A DNA stretch of 64,000 bases, taken from assembly GCA_963782525.1 (NCBI GenBank), contig CAWAKC010000003.1, forward strand, positions 288,001 to 352,000. Direction: 5' to 3'. The stretch comes from Candidatus Bathyarchaeota archaeon (GTDB taxonomy: Archaea; Thermoproteota; Bathyarchaeia; Bathyarchaeales; Bathycorpusculaceae). Under the pieces are notes generated by a model. That model was not told where the DNA came from. It ran no database searches and saw only the letters and a list, made by a program, of their open reading frames with translations. Both the position numbers and the translations under genes were made by a program. Each line of letters begins with the position of its first letter. The first letter of the stretch is position 1. Shown here in pieces: positions 40,859 to 50,281 of the stretch.

Positions 40859-41935
40859 ATGGAAGATATTGTTGATATTGCAATTGCAGCTGGAGGTTTT
40901 AAAACATTTGTCATGGCAGTTCATGCTGCAGGATTAGACGAAACACTAAAAGGTCCCGGGCCATTCACAATTTTTGCGCCAGATGACAGTGCTTTTTCAT
41001 TGCTTCCAGCAGGCTCAGTTGATGAAATGATGAAGAATGTTCCAAAGCTTAAGGCGATTCTTATGTACCATGTTGTTCCAGGAAAATTTACAGTTGACGA
41101 AATAGGCCAAATGAAGTCAGCCAAAACTATCCAAGGGCAGGAAATCCAGATTGATGGACGCAAATGGCATATTTTGCATATAAACCCAGTAATCAATAAT
41201 GATGCACACATCATAAACACTGACGTTGTTACAGACAACGGCATAGTCCATGTTGTAAACAGAGTACTAATGCCAAATATGGAGCTAACTTGCCCAATTT
41301 GCGGAATGGGGTTCATGACCAAGCAAGCATTGGATGAACACACCAAGATGGCGCACGTAGTTGAGAAACCAGCAGAAGCTTCAACGCCTGCCGAAGTTAT
41401 GCCAGTAGTTGAAAAAGTCGCAGAACCGATGCCAAGCACTGAGGTCATGCCATTAGTTGAGGAGATGCCTGAAGCATCGCCACCCACCGAAGCGATAACC
41501 GAGTTGATGCCTGTTATTGCAAAAGTGACAGGGGTTTTTGAGGTTTTTTACGATGCTACTTGTCGCTTCCGTTTCCATCTAAAAGCTGGCAATGGACAGA
41601 TAATAGCTGCAAGCCAATCTTATGGAGCAAAAGAGTCTGCTTTAAAGGGAATTGCTTCGATAAAAAAGAATGCACCCATTGCAAAGGTCGCCGATTTAGC
41701 GGCTACACAGAACATGGAGGAGTCTGCGCATCGGGGAGTTGTCCAAGACCCTGTTTTTGAAATTCATTGTGATGCTGCTGGAAAGTTCCGTTTCAATCTG
41801 AAAGCTGGCAATGGACAGATAATAGCTGTAAGCCAATCTTACTTATCAAGAACATCGGCTGAAAATGGCATAGAATCCATAAAGAAGAATGCTCCAACAG
41901 CCAAGATCATTGACCAATCTACTGCTATGACGTAG
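40859..41935 (+). CDS. Fasciclin (FAS1) + C2H2 zinc finger + 2x YegP/DUF1508 fusion protein
   Basis: 'GPFTIFAPDDSAF...YHVV...NGIVHVVNRVL'; 'CPIC...HTKMAH'; two 'FRFxLKAGNGQIIAxSQSY...GIxSIKKNAP' repeats. Confidence 0.85.
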   Translation: MEDIVDIAIAAGGFKTFVMAVHAAGLDETLKGPGPFTIFAPDDSAFSLLPAGSVDEMMKNVPKLKAILMYHVVPGKFTVDEIGQMKSAKTIQGQEIQIDGRKWHILHINPVINNDAHIINTDVVTDNGIVHVVNRVLMPNMELTCPICGMGFMTKQALDEHTKMAHVVEKPAEASTPAEVMPVVEKVAEPMPSTEVMPLVEEMPEASPPTEAITELMPVIAKVTGVFEVFYDATCRFRFHLKAGNGQIIAASQSYGAKESALKGIASIKKNAPIAKVADLAATQNMEESAHRGVVQDPVFEIHCDAAGKFRFNLKAGNGQIIAVSQSYLSRTSAENGIESIKKNAPTAKIIDQSTAMT

Positions 41936-42325
41936 AATCCTTAATTTTCTCTTTATTTTTTGTTTAATCATCACCGTGAGGAGACTAATCATTATAGCTT
42001 TATACTTCCCAAACAAAAATGTGGCTGATTTATTTAAGTAACCTAAGCTGAATTTCATGCTTTTAAGCAGTCACTTGAAACGACTCAGTAAGGCAGTGGA
42101 GACTGAGGTGAAAGCAAAAGCCGAGATTCAACCCTTTTAAATGAAAGGCAAGAGATTTAGATTATGTTTAGCGATTTGTGTTTCTTTCATTTCAAAAAGG
42201 CAGGCTCAAACGATTTCTTTGAGGTACAAAGAGTATCCACCACATAGAACAAGGACGTAGCTGATAGAAAGAAGTCCACGAATAAAGTTGGGATTTATCG
42301 TTAGAGGAAGGTTTTGTTTAAGGAT

Positions 42326-42694
42326 TTATCTCGCAATCAATAGTGGGGTTGCTTGAATTTGGATTTTGTTGTTGGTTTCTAAATTCTTGCAGATGAGATT
42401 GAGGGAACTTTCAGTGTAGCTTAGAAGACTTTTGCCATCATTAGTTAGATTGTATACTTTTCTGGGTCTTTCATAATCGATGTTCCAGGAGCTTTTTACG
42501 TAGCCTTTTTTCTCCAGTAGTCCTAGTAGGGGGTAGACGGTGCTGGGTCCGAAGTAGACGCCGAAATCTTTGCGAATTTTGGTGATGAGTTGGTATCCAT
42601 GCATGGATTCTTGGTTTAAATTTTGAAGAATAATTGTGTCTAATAGGCCTTTGGTAAGTTTGGTTTGGACTTCTTTTTGATATTTGTTGTTCAT
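42326..42694 (-). CDS. PadR-family transcriptional regulator
   Basis: Close paralog of 14026-14433 ('GVYFGPSTVYPLL'). Confidence 0.9.
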   Translation of the reverse strand: MNNKYQKEVQTKLTKGLLDTIILQNLNQESMHGYQLITKIRKDFGVYFGPSTVYPLLGLLEKKGYVKSSWNIDYERPRKVYNLTNDGKSLLSYTESSLNLICKNLETNNKIQIQATPLLIAR

Positions 42695-42732
42695 TCTTTT
42701 TTTCTCCTGTTGCTGTGATGTACGGATCTACA

Positions 42733-42753
42733 ATATGTCTTTTTAAGACACAT
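42733..42753. promoter_or_regulatory. Inverted repeat, putative PadR operator
   Basis: ATATGTC-N7-GACACAT upstream of padR; matches 13942-13963. Confidence 0.55.
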
Positions 42754-42971
42754 CTCTTACGTCTTTATATGCCTCAACAGCCAAATAAACCCTCGGACAT
42801 AACGCAAGCATATCAAAACCTTTCAGCCAACCTGACTGTTGAACACAAGAACAGATCAATACATGAAATACAGCCCAAAAATCAATATTTCAATTCAGCA
42901 AGGAAACTGTACAACAGAAAGACAAAAAACGCTTCTTCAACGGAATTTTCTCAAAACAAAGGGTTCAAGCA

Positions 42972-43154
42972 TTGAACAATAATAGAGAGTTTTTTGGCTG
43001 GATGGGAAGTTGCTTTGGATTTAGAAACAGCCAACCCTACAGCAACCAGAACGTAGCCCCACAAGTACCGTCCACCACAGGTTCAGTTCCGGCACCCAAC
43101 CAGGGCAGGTATGGCAACGGATACGGTTATGGACCATGCATGGGAAGATGGTAA
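42972..43154 (+). pseudogene. 5'-truncated paralog of the Gly/Tyr-rich secreted peptide at 46573
   Basis: 'FFGWMGSCFG...VAPQ...GSVPAP...GYGYGPC' shared with 46573; signal peptide absent. Confidence 0.6.
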
Positions 43155-43220
43155 ACAGCCAACTAACCTTTTTTTATCTTGACTCTGAGTCAACAGCTTA
43201 TTGCAACAGGGGTCAAAAGG

Positions 43221-43676
43221 TTAACTATGACTTGTTTTGATACGGCTTTCGACATTGAAACCTTTTGATTTTACAAATTCTATTAATTGTGAATAGAGTT
43301 TATTATCCATCTGGGGGGTTCTGTTTAATATCCACAGATATTTGCGGTTGAGTGTGCCAACAACGGCAAAATCGTAAGCTTCTCCTAATTTTATTATCCA
43401 ATAATCACCATAAAACGGCCAGAAAAATGTCACTTTGAGTTTCGCATTGGAGATTTTGTCCACAACTTTTGCTCTACTTTTTGCCTTTGTGTATTCGCCA
43501 TTTCGTGTGCACTCGTTTAGCAGAGATGTCTCCATTCTTCAGCAGCGAATAGCTAAGCGGTTGTATGTTCGCAATTTTTTTGAAACCTAAGCGGGAAGAT
43601 GAGCAATCTCATACCATTTGCCCAAAAACTTTTCAAACTCTACTTTCGAGACTACTTCAAGTGCATTATTAGTCAA
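43221..43676 (-). pseudogene. Lipocalin (Blc-like) with three small indels
   Basis: 'FLGKWYEIA', 'KLKVTFFWPFYGDYWII', 'YLWILNRTP'; +1, +1 and -2 indels near 43589, 43555 and 43521. Confidence 0.85.
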
Positions 43677-44308
43677 AATAATCACATTAATAACATGCAA
43701 TCCATCTTGCAAATTAACTTTTTCTTCAAACGTCCAAGTTAAAAGTTAAGCTGGAATACTGATGTTGTTTCAAAAACAAGCCAACATCATTTTATATTAA
43801 ATCAAAGAACAATGGATAGCAAGCCAACAAACTTGCTAAGTGAGTTTGGCAGCTAACGCTTGATAAGGCGAAATTCCCCCCCCAACTTTCTGCGCCCCAT
43901 CATATGTTGGCACACGGCTAAACTCACTTAACACAAAATTTTCTAGTCCTAATACCCGGCAGTTAACAGAAAAAACCATCCATTAAGAAGTTAACTGAAC
44001 CAAAGTAAGAAATATTTTAGGCGCACATTAGTTAATTTGAATCTTTCAATAATTTTTTTGTTTAAGGGCTGAGCAATAATGATAGGGTTTTGCATTCTCC
44101 CCCTCTCTACTTTTTCCCCAGCCTTCTAACAGCGCCAACCCTTAACCGCCCCCAATATACTCATTTAAAGATAAATTCTATTCTAACCTAGGAGTTCAAG
44201 CGTTTCGCATAAATGTGTTCTCTAAACTTGCTAACGATTCAGGAAATTAAAGTAAAGGCTAAAATCCTCGGAGACATATAGACAGCATAAATGGGAGAGT
44301 GTTTTTAG

Positions 44309-44623
44309 TTGGGCTCGACGCCAAGTGATTCTGAAAAGAAAGAGCAAGAACCAAGTCCTGTTGACATATCTTCTTTAGACATATACCTGCTTATAGAAGT
44401 ATTTATCATGCTATTGAGCGAAAAAGCATGGCGCTACATAGGATTAAAGGTTGATCCGCGCACTAACAAACTAGATAAAGATCTTACAAAAGCTCACGTT
44501 GCCATAGATTGCATAATCTCACTTGTTGACAAAATTGAGCCTAACTCAGATAAAGCAGAGATAGAACACTTGCGGAGACTAATAACTGATCTACAATTAA
44601 ACTACGCTGAACAGCTCAAATAA
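44309..44623 (+). CDS. DUF1844-like protein
   Basis: 'AW..IGL..DP......DL..A..AID...L...LQLNY' pattern. Confidence 0.75.
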   Translation: MGSTPSDSEKKEQEPSPVDISSLDIYLLIEVFIMLLSEKAWRYIGLKVDPRTNKLDKDLTKAHVAIDCIISLVDKIEPNSDKAEIEHLRRLITDLQLNYAEQLK

Positions 44624-44849
44624 TTAGCAAAGAACCTTAAAGAAAAACAATGATGCCTCTTCGCTTCAATTTATTTGAGTCAATTTGGTTTTTTTCTCAT
44701 TCTGAATAGTCTAGGTGCGGTTGTTTAGTTCTCGTTAGCATTGGTTAAGACTAATCGCATATGGTCTGACATATTTCAATCATTGAAATACTCCTTAAGA
44801 ACACAACAACAATGCTTAAACAAATGAAGACAACTACAGGAGTCACAAT

Positions 44850-45017
44850 TTGAAATCGATTAGAAGAATGGGGCACGGCGTTTTTAGGGGTTGTCCTAAA
44901 CGAAAAGTCTGCAGCTTCCGTGAGATAAATAGTGAGACTTGCATCTATGGTCCCTACAAGTATTGCGGAAAATACCGTTCAATAGCTCAACCAGATAGAA
45001 GAACAAAAGTTGTCTAA
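44850..45017 (+). CDS. Small 4-Cys protein (55 aa, not in the ORF track)
   Basis: AGGAG RBS + TTG; MKSIRRMGHGVFRGCPKRKVCSFREINSETCIYGPYKYCGKYRSIAQPDRRTKVV. Confidence 0.6.
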   Translation: MKSIRRMGHGVFRGCPKRKVCSFREINSETCIYGPYKYCGKYRSIAQPDRRTKVV

Positions 45018-45033
45018 TAAAAATCCAATAGTT

Positions 45034-45102
45034 TTACCATTCTTCCTCTTCCCATTCCTCATCTTCAGTTTCTTCCCATTCCTCTTCCTCTATGAATATC
45101 AT
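45034..45102 (-). CDS. Acidic Trp-repeat micropeptide (22 aa)
   Basis: GAGGTGA RBS, ATG, MIFIEEEEWEETEDEEWEEEEW, TAA. Confidence 0.6.
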   Translation of the reverse strand: MIFIEEEEWEETEDEEWEEEEW

Positions 45103-45277
45103 GTACTTATTTCACCTCACAAAAGTTGAACTAGCTTTCCTTCTCTTTGAAAGCTTTAAGTATTTACATTCGTCAAATGACGTTAAAATTGACCGAATAA
45201 AAAGTGAATCATGCCTAATCTCATTTTGTTTTCACCTAAACGAAGCTCATAAAAAATGAGGAATAGCAATACATCTT

Positions 45278-46250
45278 TTAAACAGGTATTTCGAGGTTTA
45301 ATTGTTTCTTCAGTAATTTGTATCTGTTTCTAACTGTAACTTCGGTAACTCCAGCTGCTTCCGCAATGTCTTTTTGTGTTATCTTTTCATTATTCTGCAT
45401 ACAAGCAATGTAAAGAGCAGCCGCCGCCATACCCATTGGATCTTTTCCTGATGAAAACCGTTTTTGTCTAGCTACCCTCAGTAGTGCAATAGCAGTTCCC
45501 TGCGTTTTGCCTGTTACTTTGTTTTTTTCTGCAATCTTTGAAATAAATGTCAATGGATCAGAAACTGGCATATGAAAATCGAGTTCTTGCAGAATTAGCT
45601 TGTAGCATCTTAACATCTTTCTTATCTACTAGACTTGCTTCGGTGATTTCGCGAAGCGTTTTGGGTGACCCGCCTTTGCGGCAAGCAGCATAAAGAGCCG
45701 CGGCAGCAATGGCGTTGATTGACCTTCCCCGGACTAAGCCTTTGTCTAGTGCTTTTCGGTAGATTAATGCCGCTTTCTCTTTTATCGGGGGAGAAATGTT
45801 TACTTTGCTGGCTAAACGCTCAAGTTCAGCCATCGCTTGAGCAAGGTTTCGATCGACAGATGAATGCACTCGACTACGTATTTGCCATTTTCTAAGACGC
45901 CACATTTGCAATCTTGTAGATATGGGCAGTTTTCTACCAAATGCATCTCTGTCAATTTGACTAATAGTCGTGGACAACCCTTTGTCATGAATGGAATAGG
46001 AAATAGGCATTCCGACGCGGCTTCTTGACGCTTTTTCTTGTTGTGTAAAAGCGCGCCATTCAGGGCCTTTATCTAACATTTGTTCGTAGCAAACTAGACC
46101 GCAGTCACCGCATATAGTTTCGCCGGTATCGTAATCGTGAACAAGATTTTTGCTTGAACATTCTGGGCAATTCTCAGCTATAACCTGTTGGCTTTTAGAA
46201 CCTTCTTTATTCAAATTAACTTGATTTACACTCATTTTTTTCAAACTCAA
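45278..46250 (-). pseudogene. tfb: Transcription initiation factor IIB (TFB) with frameshift
   Basis: Zn ribbon CPEC...CGDCG, 'GPEWRAF', cyclin repeats, 'VTEVTVRNRY'; 2 nt missing at ~45611 in the KKDV(A)RCY motif. Confidence 0.9.
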
Positions 46251-46572
46251 TTAATTTGCCCAGAATCGCATTCAATCATAAAAATGCCAATAGCATAACA
46301 AGTGATGCCGATAATCCGTGCAATGACATAAGGAATAAGAGAGATTATTATAGATAAGTTTGTTTTTTGGTTATTTTCATGGTATATTAAACCACTTGTT
46401 ACTTACTAATTTCAAAGCCTAATTTTTCTACTCCCGCAGTAAATCGAAATTGATTTTTTTATTAAAATAATGATTTACTCAAAACTTTGAACTGTTTCTT
46501 GAATTGTTTCAGTTTTGTTTCAGCCAACTACCATAAGCCTCCATGCACATATCATAATATGGTGATAAACAC

Positions 46573-46874
46573 ATGCAAAGAACAAAAATCGTAATAGCCT
46601 TAGCCGCTGTGGCGGCTTTAACCTTAGTCGCGTTTGGAGTGGCTTCAGCCCAATTAGCCACCAACCAACCAGACACAACCACAAACCCCAGTGCTGCTCC
46701 AAACAATGGATTTCTTGGTTGGATTGGCAGCTGCTTTGGATACGGAGCAAACCAAGCCTACAACAACAGGTATGTAGCACCTCAAGCTCCAACCGACGGC
46801 TCCGTTCCAGCACCTACCCCTATCAAGGCGGCTATGGATACGGAAACGGCTATGGACCATGCTGGGCAAGATAA
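46573..46874 (+). pseudogene. Secreted Gly/Tyr-rich small protein with -1 frameshift at the C4 run 46817-46820
   Basis: Signal peptide; the shifted frame gives YQGGYGYGNGYGPCWAR, matching paralog 42972-43154. Confidence 0.7.
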
Positions 46875-47177
46875 AACAAACTTAACTCTTGCTCAAACAA
46901 GATCCATTTTTATTTCTAAATTTATCTTGCCTTACAAATTTAACTTCGCTTATTTTAAGCGGGCAAATTCACAAGCTTGCAAAGTCGAGTTGACAAATCG
47001 GTTATTTGCGCTTCTTAACAAGCTTTTTCTACCAACTTGGCCTAATAAAACACATGTTAAGGGGTGTGACCGGTTTCTCCTTTTCTCCTTTCCGGAAAAA
47101 CTCACACCCCTAACCCCATTCCAAATAGAGAGTTCAAATCCAAAGAAAAGGAGAGTGTTTTTATTTATCTTAACAAA

Positions 47178-47339
47178 TTAGATTTTCTGTTTGCTAAGTA
47201 CCGTCCTAAAAGTTTTGCCACAGCACTCGCACAGACCTATCGTGAGCTCCATTCTCTTCCCTGCTTTGTCAGGCCTGCCAGCCATCTTCCAAGATTTTTT
47301 AGGAGCAACTTCCTTACCGCACTTTGGACATTTCGCCAT
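47178..47339 (-). CDS. Cren7-family chromatin protein (Zn-ribbon variant)
   Basis: 'PKKSWKMAGRPDKAGKRMELTIGL...GKTFR' Cren7-like; GGAGG RBS before MAKCPKC. Confidence 0.8.
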   Translation of the reverse strand: MAKCPKCGKEVAPKKSWKMAGRPDKAGKRMELTIGLCECCGKTFRTVLSKQKI

Positions 47340-47469
47340 AAATTCGCCTCCCTCAAAAGTAATGATAGAATTGTTGATCACACCCACGAATAAAACTTTG
47401 CTAAATCAACGTATAAAAAATGAAAGACTTCAAAACAAGAATACAATCTGGTGTTTTTTTAGGCTTTCT

Positions 47470-47688
47470 TTATTGCCCATGACTTTTTTCAAGATGTAAA
47501 TCAAGGTCAGCCTTCGTATTGAATGATTTTCCGCAAACAGGACAAATGAAATCCTCTGTCTCCTCCTTTTCAAGGGGTTCATGATCAGGCAACGGATTCT
47601 TTACTTCCGGTGAAGGCGGAACAACTTCATTTGTTTCTGGAGGAATTTCCGGTGTTGGTTTAATATAGGGTAAATCTGGTTCAGTCAT
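47470..47688 (-). CDS. Small C2H2 zinc-finger protein
   Basis: 'FICPVCGKSFNTKADLDLHLEKSH' after a P/E-rich disordered N-terminus. Confidence 0.8.
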   Translation of the reverse strand: MTEPDLPYIKPTPEIPPETNEVVPPSPEVKNPLPDHEPLEKEETEDFICPVCGKSFNTKADLDLHLEKSHGQ

Positions 47689-47825
47689 TCTAAATCAAAA
47701 TTGATAGTTGAAACTCTTTTCTTAAACATATGTGATAGCCTTCCACAGCAACAAATAATCGCTCGTCGAGTTACTTTTATAATGTTGATAGGTCTTAGCT
47801 ACAGTATCCATAGTGAGGTGTTTTA

Positions 47826-47951
47826 GTGGTTTTATCACGAGATTGTGACGGATGCGAAAGATCCTCCAAATGCAAAATTCGTTATCAACAAGTTACTGTT
47901 GGTGAAAAAGTTTATTGTCCGGACGGAACAGTGCACCTAGTTGACTGTTAA
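47826..47951 (+). CDS. Small Cys-rich protein (41 aa, not in the ORF track)
   Basis: GAGGTG RBS + GTG; MVLSRDCDGCERSSKCKIRYQQVTVGEKVYCPDGTVHLVDC. Confidence 0.62.
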   Translation: MVLSRDCDGCERSSKCKIRYQQVTVGEKVYCPDGTVHLVDC

Positions 47952-48364
47952 GTTCTTTGGAAATTGTTGTTGCCTATACACTGCCATATTTCCTTCAGTG
48001 TTTTGGATTGGAGACGGTTTCTAAAGGGACTCACCATTCGTCTCTTTTGCTTATTGCTTCCTGTTTTTGATCTTGTTCTATTTCACGGTAAATGTCTTTT
48101 GCCAAAGAGTCACCTATTTTTGCGAGAGGAGAATCTCCCATTAGCCACACCAACAAGTTAGCGATTAGTTTGAAACTGCATTAAAGCTTTGCGAAGTGGT
48201 GTTTATGGAGAAATAAATTGTTGGCCACACATGGGACAAACTAAAAGGGTATTTTTTGGGTATTTCAAGAATTGATAAAATTTTAAATTTCCACTATTAA
48301 ACTGCTTGCTTATAATTAGTTGCAATTAGAAAAAAAAGAAAAAAGGAATTATTGCAGTCTAGGG

Positions 48365-50281
48365 CTATTTCACTTTGTAGTCCTCTGAGTCGACAACGTG
48401 TTCGCCTTCGGGTCCTGCTTCGGGTCCGCCGCTTGGTGGTGGTTCTTGGCCCATGTCTGGTTGTGGACCGCCTTGTTGTGGTCCAGCTTGACCTTGTTGC
48501 TTCGCTGCCTCGGCTGCTGCCTGCTGATAAACTTTAGTTCCGACTTCTTGCAGAACCTTCTGAAGTGCATCGGTTTTGGCTTTGACTTGCACCATGTCGT
48601 TGCTTGCTAATGCATTTTTGAGTTCTGTTACGGCTGCGTCGATTTTGCCTGTTTCCTCTGCTGAAAGTTTTCCTGCAAGATCAGTTTTGGTTCGTTCAGC
48701 TGTATAGACGAGGCTATCTGCATTGTTTCGGGTTTCTGCGTCTTCCTTAGTCTTGCGATCTTGATCCGCGAATTGTTCTGCGTCTTTGATTAGCCGTTCC
48801 TTCTCTTCTTTGGAAAGCTTCGTTGATGCTGATATGGTGATTTTAGACTGTTTGCCAGTGGCGCGGTCTTTGGCCGTTACGTTTAGGATGCCGTTCGCAT
48901 CTATGTCAAAGGTTACTTCGATTTGCGGAACTCCGCGTGGTGCTGGTGGTAGGTCAACGAGGTTGAATTCGCCCAGTGAGACGTTATTGGCTGCCATTGG
49001 TCGTTCGCCTTGCAAGACATGGATGGTGACTGCGGTTTGGAAATCTGCGGCTGTTGTGAAGACTTGGCTCCGTTTGGTGGGTATGGTAGTGTTTTTCTCC
49101 ATTACTTTGGTGAATACTCCACCCATAGTTTCGAGGCCAAGGGTTAATGGTGTAACGTCTAAGAGCAGTAGGTCGGTGACTTCGCCTGAAACAACTCCGC
49201 CTTGAATGGCTGCGCCGATTGCGACGCTTTCCATGGGGTCAATTCCGCGTTCAGGAGCTTTGCCCAAGATTTGTTCAACGAAGCGTTGTACGAGGGGCAT
49301 TCTAGTCATGCCTCCGATAAGGATGATTTTGTCGATTCCTTGGGGAGTTAGCTTGGCGTCTTCGAGGGCTTTTAGGAGTGTAGGTCTTGTGCGTTCGACA
49401 ATGGGTTGGGCGAGAGATTCAAGCTTAGTCCGCGTCAATGTTAAGCGGAGATGTTTTGGTCCTGATGCGTCTGCTGTTAAGAATGGTAGGTCAATGTCGG
49501 TGCTCATGAGCGTGGACAGCTCGATTTTGGCTTTTTCAGCGGCTTCTTTTAACCGTGCCATGGCCATCCGATCGCCTGAAATGTCTATTCCGTTTTGTCG
49601 TTTGAATTCTCCAAGGATGTAGTCTACGACTGCTTTATCAACGTCTGTTCCGCCCAGTTGAGTGTCTCCGCTTGTGCTTAGTACTTGAAAGACTCCTTTG
49701 CCAAAGTCCATTAGAGTTACATCGTGGGTTCCGCCGCCGAAGCTGAACACGAGAATTTTCATTTCATGCTGAAGTTTATCAATGCCGTATGCAAGGCATG
49801 CAGCGGTGGGTTCGTTGATTATTCGCATGACTTGGAACCCTGCAATTTCCCCGGCATCTTTAGTAGCCTGTCGCTGGTTGTCGTTGAAGTGAGCTGGAAC
49901 AGTAATGACTGCTTTGCTGATTGTGCCGCCAAGGTAGGTTTCTGCGTCCTTCTTTATCTTCTGCAATATGAACGCTGAGATCTGCTGCGGTGTGTATTCT
50001 TTGCCGTAGATGTTGACTTTGTAGTCCGTACCCATTTTCCGTTTGATTTCGAAGACTGTGCCTTCCGCGTTGGTGGTTGCTTGGCGTTTTGCCGATTCAC
50101 CTACCAAGAGTTGACCGTCTTTTGTGAAGGCAACCACTGACGGAAACATCTTGCCCGCCATAGTGGGTCCTTCTGCACTTGGAATAACCGTTGCATGTCC
50201 GCCTTCATATATAGCAGCAGCTGAATTGGTTGTTCCCAAATCGATACCTAACACTTTTTCATTTGTTTTTGGATTACTCAT
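48365..50281 (-). CDS. dnaK: Chaperone DnaK (Hsp70)
   Basis: 'GIDLGTTNS', 'TVPAHFND', 'RIINEPTAA', '[15 protein letters not shown]'. Confidence 0.98.
   Translation of the reverse strand: MSNPKTNEKVLGIDLGTTNSAAAIYEGGHATVIPSAEGPTMAGKMFPSVVAFTKDGQLLVGESAKRQATTNAEGTVFEIKRKMGTDYKVNIYGKEYTPQQISAFILQKIKKDAETYLGGTISKAVITVPAHFNDNQRQATKDAGEIAGFQVMRIINEPTAACLAYGIDKLQHEMKILVFSFGGGTHDVTLMDFGKGVFQVLSTSGDTQLGGTDVDKAVVDYILGEFKRQNGIDISGDRMAMARLKEAAEKAKIELSTLMSTDIDLPFLTADASGPKHLRLTLTRTKLESLAQPIVERTRPTLLKALEDAKLTPQGIDKIILIGGMTRMPLVQRFVEQILGKAPERGIDPMESVAIGAAIQGGVVSGEVTDLLLLDVTPLTLGLETMGGVFTKVMEKNTTIPTKRSQVFTTAADFQTAVTIHVLQGERPMAANNVSLGEFNLVDLPPAPRGVPQIEVTFDIDANGILNVTAKDRATGKQSKITISASTKLSKEEKERLIKDAEQFADQDRKTKEDAETRNNADSLVYTAERTKTDLAGKLSAEETGKIDAAVTELKNALASNDMVQVKAKTDALQKVLQEVGTKVYQQAAAEAAKQQGQAGPQQGGPQPDMGQEPPPSGGPEAGPEGEHVVDSEDYKVK

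Noticed and set aside
47125-47145. tRNA T-loop-like GTTCAAATCC
   Set aside because: No cloverleaf or acceptor stem can be formed around it
46875-47181. C-terminal half of the 202-aa ORF 46573-47181
   Set aside because: Artefact of the frameshift; the paralog shows the true C-terminus ends at 46874
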